In this document: positions 22,627-32,884 of the stretch, piece after piece
Layout of the letters: the number at the start of each line of letters is the position of its first letter
Position numbering within the stretch: the stretch's first letter is position 1
Assembly: GCA_963816185.1 (NCBI GenBank)
Contig: CAWFJJ010000029.1
Coordinates: 352,001-416,000, forward strand
Length of the DNA: 64,000 nt
DNA from: Thermoanaerobaculia bacterium
GTDB taxonomy: Bacteria; Acidobacteriota; Thermoanaerobaculia; UBA5066
Reading direction: 5' to 3'
Notes under the pieces: generated by a model
Seen by the model: the letters and a program-made list of their open reading frames with translations, nothing else
Databases searched by the model: none
What the model was told of the DNA's origin: nothing
Position numbers and translations under genes: made by a program

Positions 22627-24021
22627 ATGGACGTACCGATTCAGGATCGTCTGGCTCAGCACCGGCTGCTCGTCGACGCGCCTCCCGACCAGCTCGCCTG
22701 GCTCGCCGCCCGCGGCCAGCTCGTTCTTTTGGACCCGGGCCACGAGCTCGCACCGAAGGGCACCACCGTGCCCGGCCTGTACATCGTCCTTTCCGGCCAC
22801 ATGTCGATCCACCTCGACCGGGGCGCCGGACCGCAGAAGCTCATGGAGTGGCGAAGCGGCGACGTGACGGGTTTCCTGCCGTACTCGCGCCTCGACAAGT
22901 CGCCGGGCGGCGTGAAGGCCGAGGAGCCGACCGAGCTCTGGATGATCCCGCGCGAGGAGATCCCCGCGCTGATTCGCGAGTGCTACGAGCTCACGTCGAT
23001 CTTCGTGCACGTGATGGTCGACCGGGCCCGCCAGTTCACGTCGAGCGACCTTCAGATTGAAAAGATGTCCTCCCTCGGAAAGCTCGCGGCGGGGCTCGCG
23101 CACGAGCTGAACAACCCCGCGTCGGCGGTCGCGCGGAGCGCCCAGGGGCTCAGGGCGCGATTGTCCGAGGTGGAACGGGCGTCCCGTGCGCTCGGCGCGG
23201 CACGCTTGTCCGAGGCTCAGCAGGCCGCCGTCGACAAGTCACGGAATCTCTGCCTCGCGGCGGCCGGTGCGACGGTCGGACGCTCGCCCATCGAGCGCGC
23301 GGACCGCGAAGACGTCATCGCGGCCTGGCTCGAGCGCCACGGGGCCGACGATGCCGCCGCGGAAGCGCTGGCGGAGTCCGCGATCACGCTCGACGCTCTC
23401 GATCGGCTCGCAGAAGAGCTTCAGGGCGAGGCGCTGAAGGTGGCCGTCGCGTGGCTCGTGGCCGGCTGCACAACGCAACAACTGGCCTCGGAGATCGAGA
23501 CGGCCGCATCCCGGATCCACAACCTCGTCGCGGCGGTGAAGGGCTTCACATACATGGACCAGGCGACGATGCCCAAGCCGGTGGACGTCGGCCGAGGGCT
23601 GGCCGACACGCTCGCGGTGCTCGCCGGAAAGGCCCGCGGAAAGTCGGTGAGCGTGAACCTCGACGTCGAGGCCGATCTTCCGCTCGTCCCGGGGTTCGGC
23701 GGCGAGCTCAACCAGGTATGGGCGAATCTGGTCGACAACGCGCTGGACGCGGCGAAGCGCCACGTCAACGTTGCCGCGGCCCGTCAGGGCCCTTCCGTCG
23801 TCGTGAGCTTCGTCGACGATGGACCAGGATTGCCTCCGGAAATTCGCGAGCGCATCTTCGATCCCTTCTTCACGACGAAACCCGTCGGCCAGGGCACCGG
23901 TCTCGGCCTCGACATTGCGCGGCGTCTCGTGCTCCGGCACCACGGAGAGATCGAGGTCGATTCCCGCCCCGGGCACACGCAGTTCACCGTGACGCTGCCG
24001 ATCGACGGAGGAAAAGGCTGA
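22627..24021 (+). CDS. Cytoplasmic histidine kinase with an N-terminal cNMP-binding-like domain
   Basis: H box AHELNNP, N box NQVWANLVDNA, DDGPG, FDPFFTTK and GTGLGL. The N-terminal region is CAP/cNMP-like and there is no TM helix. Confidence 0.92.
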   Translation: MDVPIQDRLAQHRLLVDAPPDQLAWLAARGQLVLLDPGHELAPKGTTVPGLYIVLSGHMSIHLDRGAGPQKLMEWRSGDVTGFLPYSRLDKSPGGVKAEEPTELWMIPREEIPALIRECYELTSIFVHVMVDRARQFTSSDLQIEKMSSLGKLAAGLAHELNNPASAVARSAQGLRARLSEVERASRALGAARLSEAQQAAVDKSRNLCLAAAGATVGRSPIERADREDVIAAWLERHGADDAAAEALAESAITLDALDRLAEELQGEALKVAVAWLVAGCTTQQLASEIETAASRIHNLVAAVKGFTYMDQATMPKPVDVGRGLADTLAVLAGKARGKSVSVNLDVEADLPLVPGFGGELNQVWANLVDNALDAAKRHVNVAAARQGPSVVVSFVDDGPGLPPEIRERIFDPFFTTKPVGQGTGLGLDIARRLVLRHHGEIEVDSRPGHTQFTVTLPIDGGKG

Positions 24022-24023
24022 CG

Positions 24024-25679
24024 ATGGCCAAGCCGGTGATCCTGACCGTCGACGACGACCCCGAGGTGCTCCGCGCAGTCGAGCGCGACCTTCGCAGCCA
24101 TTACCGGAGCGACTACCGCATCCTCAAGGCCGGCTCGGGCCGCGAGGCGCTGGAAGCTTCCCGGCAGCTCAAGGAGCGGGGCACTCCCATCGCCCTCTTC
24201 CTCGTGGACCAACGAATGCCCGAGATGACCGGCACCGAGCTGCTCCGCGAAGTGCTCAAGCTCTACCCGGACTCGCGAAGGGTCCTGCTCACCGCCTATG
24301 CCGACACTCAGGCCGCAATCGCGGGAATCAACGACGTCGGGCTGAACCACTACCTGCTGAAGCCCTGGGATCCTCCGGATCAGCGGCTCTACCCGGTCCT
24401 CGACGACCTGTTGTCCGACTGGACGGCGCACGTGCGCCTTCCCTACGAAGGCATCCGGGTCGCCGGCGCGCGGTCGTCGCCCCGGAGCTACGCCGTGAAG
24501 GAATTCCTGTCCAGCAATCAGGTTCCCTACCAGTGGGTCGACGTCGACGAGGACCCGCCGACGCGGGAGCTGATCCGCTCTTTCGGCGACTCGTCGAAGC
24601 TGCCGGTTCTCCTCTTCCCGGACGGCAGCCATCTCGTCGCGCCGACCAACCGCGAGCTGGCCGAGAAGATCGGCATGCAGACGCGGGCACGCCTGCCCTT
24701 CTACGACCTCGTGATCGTCGGCGGAGGCCCCGCGGGGCTGGCCGCCGCCGTCTACGGCGCCTCGGAGGGGCTGCGCACTCTCCTCGTCGAGCACAATGCG
24801 CCCGGCGGCCAGGCCGGCACCAGCTCCCAGATCGAGAACTACCTCGGGTTCCCGTCCGGCGTCAGCGGAGCCGACCTCGCGCGCCGCGCCCTCACGCAGG
24901 CGCGCCGCTTCGGCGCCGAGGTGCTTGCGCAGGAGGTCTTGGCTCTTCGCCGCGAGGATCCGTATCGCATCGTGCGGCTCGCGGACGGGACGGACGTTTC
25001 GTGCTACGCGGTCGTCCTCGCCACGGGAGTGTCCGTTCGGACGCTGGAGGCTCCCGGAATCGAAGCCCTCCTCGGCATCGGCGTCTATTACGGCGCCGCG
25101 ATGACCGAGGCCGCGACCTACCGCGAAAAGGACGTGTGCGTCCTCGGGGCCGGGAACTCGGCGGCACAGGGCGCCCTCTTCTTCTCGCGCTTCATGCGGC
25201 ACGTCGCCCTGCTCGTCCGAGGGAAGTCCCTCGGCCAATCGATGTCGAAGTACCTCGTCGATCGGATCGAGGCCACGCCGAACATCGAAGTCGTGACACG
25301 GGTCGAGGTCGCCAGGGTCGGCAGCACGGACCGGCTCGAGAAAGTTGTCGTCCGCGGCGTGGACGACGCACAGGAGCGAGAGCTTCCCGCCTCTGCGCCC
25401 TTCATCTTCATCGGCGCGAAGCCCCGGACCGAAATATTCTCCGGCTTCCTGGAGCTCGACGAGAAAGGGTATGTCCTGACCGGCCCGGACCTGCCCCACA
25501 CGGACCGAATCCCTCGCGGCTGGACGCTCGAACGGGACCCGTACCTGTTCGAGACGAGCGTCCCCGGCATTTTCGCGGCCGGCGACGTGCGCGCGAGCTC
25601 CGGCAAGCGCGTCGCGGCGGCAGTCGGCGAGGGCTCCGGGACCGTCAGCATGGTTCACCGCTACCTCGAGACCGTCTGA
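24024..25679 (+). CDS. Response-regulator receiver fused to a thioredoxin-reductase-like FAD oxidoreductase
   Basis: True start MAKPVILTVDDD at 24024. REC motifs DQRMP, LTAY and KPW; then GGGPAG, IENYLGFP, GAGNSA, AAGDVR and KRVAAAVGEG. Confidence 0.92.
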   Translation: MAKPVILTVDDDPEVLRAVERDLRSHYRSDYRILKAGSGREALEASRQLKERGTPIALFLVDQRMPEMTGTELLREVLKLYPDSRRVLLTAYADTQAAIAGINDVGLNHYLLKPWDPPDQRLYPVLDDLLSDWTAHVRLPYEGIRVAGARSSPRSYAVKEFLSSNQVPYQWVDVDEDPPTRELIRSFGDSSKLPVLLFPDGSHLVAPTNRELAEKIGMQTRARLPFYDLVIVGGGPAGLAAAVYGASEGLRTLLVEHNAPGGQAGTSSQIENYLGFPSGVSGADLARRALTQARRFGAEVLAQEVLALRREDPYRIVRLADGTDVSCYAVVLATGVSVRTLEAPGIEALLGIGVYYGAAMTEAATYREKDVCVLGAGNSAAQGALFFSRFMRHVALLVRGKSLGQSMSKYLVDRIEATPNIEVVTRVEVARVGSTDRLEKVVVRGVDDAQERELPASAPFIFIGAKPRTEIFSGFLELDEKGYVLTGPDLPHTDRIPRGWTLERDPYLFETSVPGIFAAGDVRASSGKRVAAAVGEGSGTVSMVHRYLETV

Positions 25680-25720
25680 CTCCCGGGAGACGCCACCGCG
25701 GAGGACATTCTCCCCGAGCT

Positions 25721-27877
25721 CTATACGGAGCGGCTGCGCGCCGCCTCGAGGAGCGCGGCGAAGCGCGGGTCACCGCGCAGGGAGTCGAGGTCGGGGTCGT
25801 TCGCAACCCAGTCCGCCGGCAGGAATCCCTGACCGACGGGGGCTTCCAGGCACGCGAACGCCTCGTCGCGCCGCCCCAGCGCGGCGTACACGCAGGCCGC
25901 GTTGTACGCGATGATGGGCTCGTCGCGATCCACCGCGAGGGCGCGCGCAACCCATTCGGCGGCGCGCTCGGGCTCGCCGAGCTCGGCGAGGACGGACGCG
26001 CCCATCGTCCACGCGCGGGTGTCGTCCGGGTGTGAGCGCAGTCGCTTCTTCGTGGCCTCGATGCACTCGAGGTCGGCGCTGCGCGCCTTGACCATCTCGC
26101 CCATCCGCCGGTAGCACATGCCGAGGAGGTACCACGCGTCGTACGCCTCCGGCACGAGAGCACAGGCCTCGCGGAAGTGCTCGGCGGCCTCGGGCGTGCG
26201 CCCCTGCGAGAAGCACACGCGCCCGAAAATGTAATGCGGGTCGTAGAGGCGCGGGTCGATCGCGATCGCTTTCTGGAGGAATCCCTCCGCCTCGGTGAAC
26301 TTCTGGCGGAGAAAGAGCGCGAGGCCGCGCGCGGCGTGCGCGTCGGAGAGACCGGAGTCCAGCTCCAGGGCCTTCGCGCTCGCCGCGTCGGCGGCCGCGA
26401 CGGCTTCCTTGCCCTTGCCGAAGTAGAGGGCAAGGAACGCGTGGCATTCGGCGAGGCCCGCGTACGCACGCGCGTAGCCGGGGTCCAGCTCGATCGCGCG
26501 CACGAACGTCTGAATCGCGATCTCGCACGCTTTGCGCCGGTGCTGGTGGAAGAACTGCCGGCCCTGCAGGAAGAGCTCGTACGCCTCGGCGGCCGTGGAC
26601 GATCGCTCGGCCGGGCTACCGCGCTGCTCCGCAAGAGTGACCTTGAGCGCCTGCGCGATCTTCTCCGCGATCTCGTCCTCGATGGCGAAGATATCCTTCA
26701 TGTCGCGGTCATACCGCTCGTACCAGAGGCGGTAGCCGTCATCCACGCTCACGAGCTGGGCCGAGATTCGTACGCGGTCGCCGGAGCGGCGAACGCTCCC
26801 CTCGAGCACCGTGCCGACGTTCAGGCGGGCGCCGATCTCGCGCACGTCGGCCGCCTGGTTCTTGTATTGAAACGCCGAGGTGCGCGAGGCGACGTAGAGC
26901 TCGGGAATGCGGGCGAGCTCGCGCAGAATCTCCTCGGCGATGCCGTCGCAGAGGTACTGCTGGTCCCCCCGCGGGCTCATGTCCGCGAACGGGAGAACTG
27001 CAATGGACGTCACGGCCGCAGCCGCGGGCCGGCGCAGCGTGATCGCGCCGGAGTCGAGGGCGGATCGCAGGTCGAGGAGATCGCGCGCCATGTCCTCCAT
27101 GCGCTCGTAGCGCACGCGCCGGTCCTTCGCGAGCGCCTTTGCGACGATCTCGTCCGCGCGGTTGGGGATGCCGGGCCGCACGCCCGACGCGCGGGGCGGC
27201 GGCGCGCTCAGGATGGACGCCACGACGGCCGCGACGGTGTCGCCGCGGAAGGGCGGCTCGCCCGTGAGCATTTCGTACAGAACAGCGCCCAGGGACCAGA
27301 TGTCCGTCCTCTGGTCCAGGGGCTCGTCACGCAATTGCTCGGGCGACATGTAGGCCGGCGTGCCGACGACCGAACCCTGATCCGTCGTGCGCGGGTCGCC
27401 GAGGACCCGGGCGATACCGAAGTCGAGGATCTTCACCGTGTCGCCGCGGGTGAGCATGAGGTTCGCGGGCTTCACGTCGCGGTGGACGATGAGCTCCTCG
27501 TGTGCGGCCGCAAGGCCGCGCGCCGCCTGCGCTGCGATGCCCAGCGCCCGCTCGGGTGCGAGCGGCCCCCGGGCGATGACGCGGTCGAGCGTCTCGCCCT
27601 CGTAGAGCGCCATCGCGATGAAGAGGTCTTCGCCGGCCTCGTCCACTTCGAAGATCGTGCAGATGTTCGGGTGATCGAGGGACGAAGCGGCCTGCGCTTC
27701 CCGAAGGATGCGCCGCCTCAGCGCCGCGTCGGCCATCGGCCGCAGGAACTTCAGTGCGACGCGCCGCCCAAGGCGCAGATCGGTCGCTCGATAGACCTCG
27801 CCCATGCTGCCGGAGCCCAGGCGCTCCGCGACCTCGTAGTGCGACACGTTGCGTCCAGTCTGGACGGCGACGCTCAT
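25721..27877 (-). CDS. Ser/Thr protein kinase with TolB-like and TPR domains
   Basis: GSGSMG, VALK, HRDVKPAN, DFG and GTPAYMSPE; SIAVLPFADMS (TolB-like); TPR repeats. GAGGAGG RBS before the ATG at 27877. Confidence 0.93.
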   Translation of the reverse strand: MSVAVQTGRNVSHYEVAERLGSGSMGEVYRATDLRLGRRVALKFLRPMADAALRRRILREAQAASSLDHPNICTIFEVDEAGEDLFIAMALYEGETLDRVIARGPLAPERALGIAAQAARGLAAAHEELIVHRDVKPANLMLTRGDTVKILDFGIARVLGDPRTTDQGSVVGTPAYMSPEQLRDEPLDQRTDIWSLGAVLYEMLTGEPPFRGDTVAAVVASILSAPPPRASGVRPGIPNRADEIVAKALAKDRRVRYERMEDMARDLLDLRSALDSGAITLRRPAAAAVTSIAVLPFADMSPRGDQQYLCDGIAEEILRELARIPELYVASRTSAFQYKNQAADVREIGARLNVGTVLEGSVRRSGDRVRISAQLVSVDDGYRLWYERYDRDMKDIFAIEDEIAEKIAQALKVTLAEQRGSPAERSSTAAEAYELFLQGRQFFHQHRRKACEIAIQTFVRAIELDPGYARAYAGLAECHAFLALYFGKGKEAVAAADAASAKALELDSGLSDAHAARGLALFLRQKFTEAEGFLQKAIAIDPRLYDPHYIFGRVCFSQGRTPEAAEHFREACALVPEAYDAWYLLGMCYRRMGEMVKARSADLECIEATKKRLRSHPDDTRAWTMGASVLAELGEPERAAEWVARALAVDRDEPIIAYNAACVYAALGRRDEAFACLEAPVGQGFLPADWVANDPDLDSLRGDPRFAALLEAARSRSV

Positions 27878-28123
27878 GCGCAACCTCCTCCGTCCGGGCA
27901 AGGGCCACCCGCGCGCTGTCCGGCGCCTCCCACAACATATGCCCCGCCTCGATGGACGTCCACGGTGCGGGCGCCACATCGGACAGCGTTAGGATGGGCC
28001 GATGTCCCTGAAGGCGGCGGCCCCCCCTCGCGGACGTCCGCCGGATCGCACGCCCCGGTTCGGCCTTCCTTCTTTGCGCTCGGTCCGGCTACGTCTGACA
28101 AGATCCTGTGCAGCGGAGGATTG

Positions 28124-30121
28124 ATGGACGGTCCCGAATCGAAGTCGCTGCCCGAGAACGCCTACCAGACGCTCCCGCCCGGAGAGGTCTACCGATCCGT
28201 GGTGTCGCCTGAGGAGACGCCGCCGGAGGTCACGCGCCGCTCGCTCGTCTGGGGGCTTCTCTTCTGCGTCATCTTCACCGTGGCGTCCGCGTACTCAGGG
28301 CTGAAGGTCGGGCAGGTCATGGAGGCGGCGATCCCGATCTCGATCCTCGCGATCGGCCTCGCCCGCGTCTACGAGCGGCGGTCACACCTTCTGGAGAACG
28401 TGATCATCACAGGAATCGGCGGCGTTGCGGGCGGCGTCGTCGCGGGCGCCGTCTTCACGCTTCCGGCGCTCTACTCGCTGAACCTCCACCCTCATCCGGT
28501 CCAGACGATCGCGATCTGCCTTGCCGGCGCGTGCCTCGGCGTCCTCTTCATCATCCCGCTGCGCCGGTACTTCGTGAAAGAGATGCACGGGAGGTTCCCG
28601 TTCCCGGAGGCGACGGCGATCACGGAGGTGCTCGTCACCGGGGAGAAGGGAGGAGCGCAGGCGAAGCTGCTCATCCAGGCGACGGTCATCTCGGGGATCT
28701 ACGACTTCTTCGTGACGACGTTCAACGTCTGGAAGGAGTACCTCGACTTCCAGTTCCTCCCGGTGATGAAGGCCGCCGCCGAGAAGGCGAAGGTGATCGT
28801 GAAGTTCGACGCGATCGCCTTCATCCTCGGCCTCGGCTACGTCATCGGGATCCGGTCCTCGATGATCCTCTGTGCCGGCGGCTTCCTCTCGAACTTCGTC
28901 CTCGTGCCTCTCATCTGGATGGTGGGCCGGCACCTGCCGGACGCGGTCTACCCCGGCACGATCCCGATCACGCAGATGACGGCCGAGCAGATCTACCGAA
29001 GCTACGTGCGGTACGTCGGCGTCGGGGCGATCGCGACGGCGGGCATCTTCGGCATCCTGAAGTCGCTGAAGATCGTGGCCGGGTCGTTCGGCATCGCGGC
29101 GAAGGCGTTCCGTGGCGGCGCAGGCGCCTCGCAGGAAAGGACCGACCGGGACGTGCCTGTCATGGCGATCCTGCTCGGAACGATCCTGAGCGCGATCGGC
29201 GTCGCGGCCTTCTACGGCACGCTCCGGGCCTCGTGGACGGTCGTCGCGATCGCCCTCGTCCTGACGCTCGTCTTCTCGTTCTTCTTCGCCTCAGTGGCCG
29301 CGAACGCGATCGCGACGACGGCGCGCAACCCGGTCTCGGGGATGACGATGCTCACGATCATCATCTCGTCGGTCATCCTGCTCCGGTTCGGAATCTCCGG
29401 CACGACCGGGATGTTCTTCGTGATGGCGCTCGCGGGCATGGTCTGCACGGCGCTCTCGATCTCCGGCCAGATGATCACGGACCTGAAGACCGGCTACTGG
29501 CTCGGCTCGACGCCCGCGGCCCAGGAAAAGGTGAAGTTCTACGGCGCGATCGCGGCGTCCATCGCGGTGGGCCTGACGATCGTGATGCTCGCGCAGAACT
29601 TCCAGTTCGGGGACGTGGCGCTGGGTGACACGCGCCCCGTCCTCCCCGCACCGCAGGCGTCGATCATGAAGGCGCTCGTCGAGGGTTTCATGAACCGGCA
29701 GCCGATCGCGTACTTCCTCTTCGGGACCGGCGCCGCGATCGCGATCATCATGGAGATGCTGCGGGTGCCCGCGCTGATCTTCGCGCTGGGGATGTACCTC
29801 CCGCTCGAGCTGAACACGCCGGCGCTCGTGGGCGGCATCATTTCGTATTACGTCACGAGGAAGTCGGAGAAGGTGGGTGGTGACGCGGGGCGGACGATGC
29901 GCGAGCGCGCCGTGGTCATCGCGTCGGGTCTCATGGCCGGCGGCGCCCTCGGCGGCGTCTTCGGCGCCGCGCTGCGGCTTTTCTCGTGGTATCGCGAGGA
30001 CCTGATCCAAACCCCGTTCTTCGGGAACGAGGCCGCCTCGCAGGGCGTCTCGATGTTGTTCTTCGCTGGCCTCTGTCTCTATCTCTGGATCGATTCGACC
30101 CGCAGGGTCGGGGAGAAGTAA
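28124..30121 (+). CDS. OPT/YSL family oligopeptide transporter
   Basis: AYSGLKVG, AAIPISIL, ENVI, FPEATA, NPVSGMT, DLKTGY..G.TP and APQA motifs; GGAGGA RBS. Confidence 0.93.
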   Translation: MDGPESKSLPENAYQTLPPGEVYRSVVSPEETPPEVTRRSLVWGLLFCVIFTVASAYSGLKVGQVMEAAIPISILAIGLARVYERRSHLLENVIITGIGGVAGGVVAGAVFTLPALYSLNLHPHPVQTIAICLAGACLGVLFIIPLRRYFVKEMHGRFPFPEATAITEVLVTGEKGGAQAKLLIQATVISGIYDFFVTTFNVWKEYLDFQFLPVMKAAAEKAKVIVKFDAIAFILGLGYVIGIRSSMILCAGGFLSNFVLVPLIWMVGRHLPDAVYPGTIPITQMTAEQIYRSYVRYVGVGAIATAGIFGILKSLKIVAGSFGIAAKAFRGGAGASQERTDRDVPVMAILLGTILSAIGVAAFYGTLRASWTVVAIALVLTLVFSFFFASVAANAIATTARNPVSGMTMLTIIISSVILLRFGISGTTGMFFVMALAGMVCTALSISGQMITDLKTGYWLGSTPAAQEKVKFYGAIAASIAVGLTIVMLAQNFQFGDVALGDTRPVLPAPQASIMKALVEGFMNRQPIAYFLFGTGAAIAIIMEMLRVPALIFALGMYLPLELNTPALVGGIISYYVTRKSEKVGGDAGRTMRERAVVIASGLMAGGALGGVFGAALRLFSWYREDLIQTPFFGNEAASQGVSMLFFAGLCLYLWIDSTRRVGEK

Positions 30122-30123
30122 TC

Positions 30124-31485
30124 ATGTCCTTGAACGCATGCGACGCGGCGACCGCCGAAGCGCTCATCGGAATCGACACGCTCTGGGGCGGCGACGTCAT
30201 GAACCCGTCCGGAACAGGCCGCTTCATCGCGGACTGCTGGTTCTCGGACGAGCAGCTTCCCCTCGCATACACACATCCTTCGGCAGAGGCTCTGCGGGCG
30301 AGCGGCGGAGTCTCGGCGAAGGTGCCGGACGTCTCCGCCATCGAGACGTACCTTTCCGCCGTCGACGTGGGCGGCGCGATCGCGCGCGTCCTCGCGGAAT
30401 CGCGGCACCTCGGCGGCCTCCGCGGCGACTACCTCGAAGGGCTCGGTCTCTGCTGCGAGGTCATGTGGGATCTCGCGATGGAGATCCTCGGCAAGGGACC
30501 AGAAGTCCCTTACGAGACGTGCGTGATGACGATCACCGGGTCGCTGCCGGAGCCTTCCCGCCCCGAGGAGAAGCGCCGGCGCGTGGCCGATCTCCTGACA
30601 TCGGCCGGCCACCGCTCGAGCGGCGGAGATTCCCTGCTCAAGGCCGTCGACGCCTGGCGGGGGGAGCGGCTCGTCCCCGGCAAGTCGATCCCGGCTCTCG
30701 GCGACGCCTTCATCGCGCGGTACGACGCTCTCGCCGTGCGAAACCTCCTGCCGTACCTGCCGCGCGAGTTCGCGCACGTTCCCCGGGCGAACGTCCGGTT
30801 CCTTGCGATCGAGAACGCCTGGTTCTCCGGCTCGATGAACTACCTCGGCCACGCGCGCCGGAAGGACGGCTCGCCGGCGTACGAGGCGACGTACGAGCTG
30901 AACGCCGCGCTCCAGATCTCGGTCCCCGAGTTCCAGCAGCTCGTCAGCCACGAGGTCGTGCCCGGCCACGTGACGACGTTCGCGTATCTGCAGAACCTCT
31001 TCACCCGCGGCCTGGCCGCGTTCGAGGCGTCGGTTCTCACGATGAACACCCGCGCGGCCGTTCTCTTCGAGGGCATCGCGAACAACGCGATCCTGATCGC
31101 CCACGGCGTCACCGAGATCGATCAGCTCCTGGACCAGGACCTTCAGATCGGCGTCCTCCTCGCGCTCCTGCAGGACGACGCGAAGAACCACTCCTCGTAC
31201 CTCACCTGGAAAGAGAAGCTCCCGCAGAAGGACGTCGCCGCGGCGCTTCGGAAGGACTTCCTCGTCTCACCCGAGCGCGCGGACAAGCTCTCCGGCGCGT
31301 GGGGCCGCCACCCGCTTCTCGGGCGCATGTACCTTCCCGCGTACCGGGCCGGGACGGAGCTCGTCGCGCGCCTGAGGCGCAGCCATCCGCCCGAGAAGAT
31401 CCTCCCCGCGCTTTACGGTGCCAAGGGCCTCGTGGACGCGTTCACGCTTCCGCGCGCGCTCGAGGAAGCTCCCGTCTCTCGTTGA
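30124..31485 (+). CDS. DUF885-like putative zinc metallopeptidase
   Basis: HEVVPGH followed by FEGIA, similar to the DUF885 HExxPGH...EG motif. Starts 2 nt after the OPT stop. Confidence 0.6.
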   Translation: MSLNACDAATAEALIGIDTLWGGDVMNPSGTGRFIADCWFSDEQLPLAYTHPSAEALRASGGVSAKVPDVSAIETYLSAVDVGGAIARVLAESRHLGGLRGDYLEGLGLCCEVMWDLAMEILGKGPEVPYETCVMTITGSLPEPSRPEEKRRRVADLLTSAGHRSSGGDSLLKAVDAWRGERLVPGKSIPALGDAFIARYDALAVRNLLPYLPREFAHVPRANVRFLAIENAWFSGSMNYLGHARRKDGSPAYEATYELNAALQISVPEFQQLVSHEVVPGHVTTFAYLQNLFTRGLAAFEASVLTMNTRAAVLFEGIANNAILIAHGVTEIDQLLDQDLQIGVLLALLQDDAKNHSSYLTWKEKLPQKDVAAALRKDFLVSPERADKLSGAWGRHPLLGRMYLPAYRAGTELVARLRRSHPPEKILPALYGAKGLVDAFTLPRALEEAPVSR

Positions 31486-31496
31486 AGGGGTCAGAC

Positions 31497-32834
31497 ATGA
31501 GTCAGCAGAAGAACCTCGCGATTCTCGTGGGGGGCGGGCCGGCCCCCGGGATCAACAGCGTCATCAGCTCGGCGACGATCCGTGCCGTTCTCGAAGGCCT
31601 GGAGGTGACCGGCATCCGCGACGGGTTCGAATGGCTCATGCAGGGAAACATCGAGCACGTCACTCACCTCACGATCGACGATGTCAGCCGCATTCATTTC
31701 CGCGGCGGCTCTTTCATCGGCATCTCGCGGGCGAATCCCACCCTCGATCCCCAGCACCTGGAGAACACGGTGATCTCGCTCCTGCGCCTGAACGTCTCGC
31801 GCCTGATCACGATCGGCGGCGACGACACGGCGTATTCCGCCATGAAGCTGGTGGAGAAGGCCGAAGGGCGCATCCAGGTCGTCCACGTTCCCAAGACGAT
31901 CGACAACGACCTCGACCTCCCCGCGCACATCGACACCTTCGGATACCAGACCGCCCGCCACTACGGGGTCGAGATCATCAAGAACCTGATGGTGGATGCG
32001 CGCACGACCTCGAGGTGGTACTTCATCGTCGCCATGGGGAGGAAGACCGGCCACCTGGCGCTCGGCATCGGGAAGGCCGCGGGGGCCACCCTCACGCTCA
32101 TCCCCGAGGAGTTTCTCGGCCACCAGATCCGCTTCAAGGCCATCGTGGACACCCTGGTCGGCGCCGTCCTGAAGCGCCTCTCCTACGGCCGGCGCGACGG
32201 CGTCGCCGTGATCGCCGAGGGGCTCGTCGAGGGCCTCGACCCTTCGGAGCTCGAGGGTCTCCAGGACGTCGAGCGCGATACGCACGGGAACGTCCGCATC
32301 GCGGAGGTGAACATCGGCGAGATCCTGAAGGCCGCCGTCCAGCAACGGCTGAAGGAGTTCGGGATCAAGACGACCATCGTCGCCAAGAACATCGGCTACG
32401 AGCTGCGCTGCGCCGATCCGATCCCGTTCGACCTCGAGTACACGCGCGACCTCGGCTACTGCGCGACGAAGTGCCTCCTCTCGGGCGGGCACTCCGTGAT
32501 GATCTCGATGCAAGGCGGCCATTTCGTTCCGATTCCCTTCGAGGAGCTGATCAACCCCTCGACGGGGCGGGCGAAGGTCCGCATGGTGGACATCCACTCC
32601 GCGCGGTACGCCATCGCGCGGCGGTACATGCTGCGCCTCCGCCGCGACGACTTCGAGGACCCCCACGAGCTCGCGAAGTTCGCGGCCACGGCGGGCATGT
32701 CGCTCGCGGATTTCCGTAAGGAGTTCTCGTATCTGATCGAGTGGGAATTGCCCCCGCTCGCCTTCGGGTCGGAGCCGGAGAGCGGCGTTCGCGAGCGGGA
32801 CGGCGTCGTCATCGGGCTGGACCCGGCGCCCTAG
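31497..32834 (+). CDS. pfp: Pyrophosphate-dependent phosphofructokinase
   Basis: GGGPAPGIN, GGDD (Asp indicates PPi specificity), PKTIDND, MGR and GYELR motifs. Confidence 0.92.
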   Translation: MSQQKNLAILVGGGPAPGINSVISSATIRAVLEGLEVTGIRDGFEWLMQGNIEHVTHLTIDDVSRIHFRGGSFIGISRANPTLDPQHLENTVISLLRLNVSRLITIGGDDTAYSAMKLVEKAEGRIQVVHVPKTIDNDLDLPAHIDTFGYQTARHYGVEIIKNLMVDARTTSRWYFIVAMGRKTGHLALGIGKAAGATLTLIPEEFLGHQIRFKAIVDTLVGAVLKRLSYGRRDGVAVIAEGLVEGLDPSELEGLQDVERDTHGNVRIAEVNIGEILKAAVQQRLKEFGIKTTIVAKNIGYELRCADPIPFDLEYTRDLGYCATKCLLSGGHSVMISMQGGHFVPIPFEELINPSTGRAKVRMVDIHSARYAIARRYMLRLRRDDFEDPHELAKFAATAGMSLADFRKEFSYLIEWELPPLAFGSEPESGVRERDGVVIGLDPAP

Positions 32835-32884
32835 ACGAGACAGGGCGATCACCGGCCTTCATCTGCTCCCTCCTTCGTCGGCCA

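Noticed and set aside
27878-28120. Possible small ORF or gene remnant between the kinase and OPT genes
   Set aside because: No convincing RBS or motif; best explained as a divergent promoter region.
26177-30121. Apparent giant fusion ORFs (1314 aa here; also 23451-25679, 30138-32834, 43180-46692, 53636-55615)
   Set aside because: The N-terminal extensions are stop-free shadow frames over neighbouring genes. The true starts, marked by RBS or motif boundaries, are internal.
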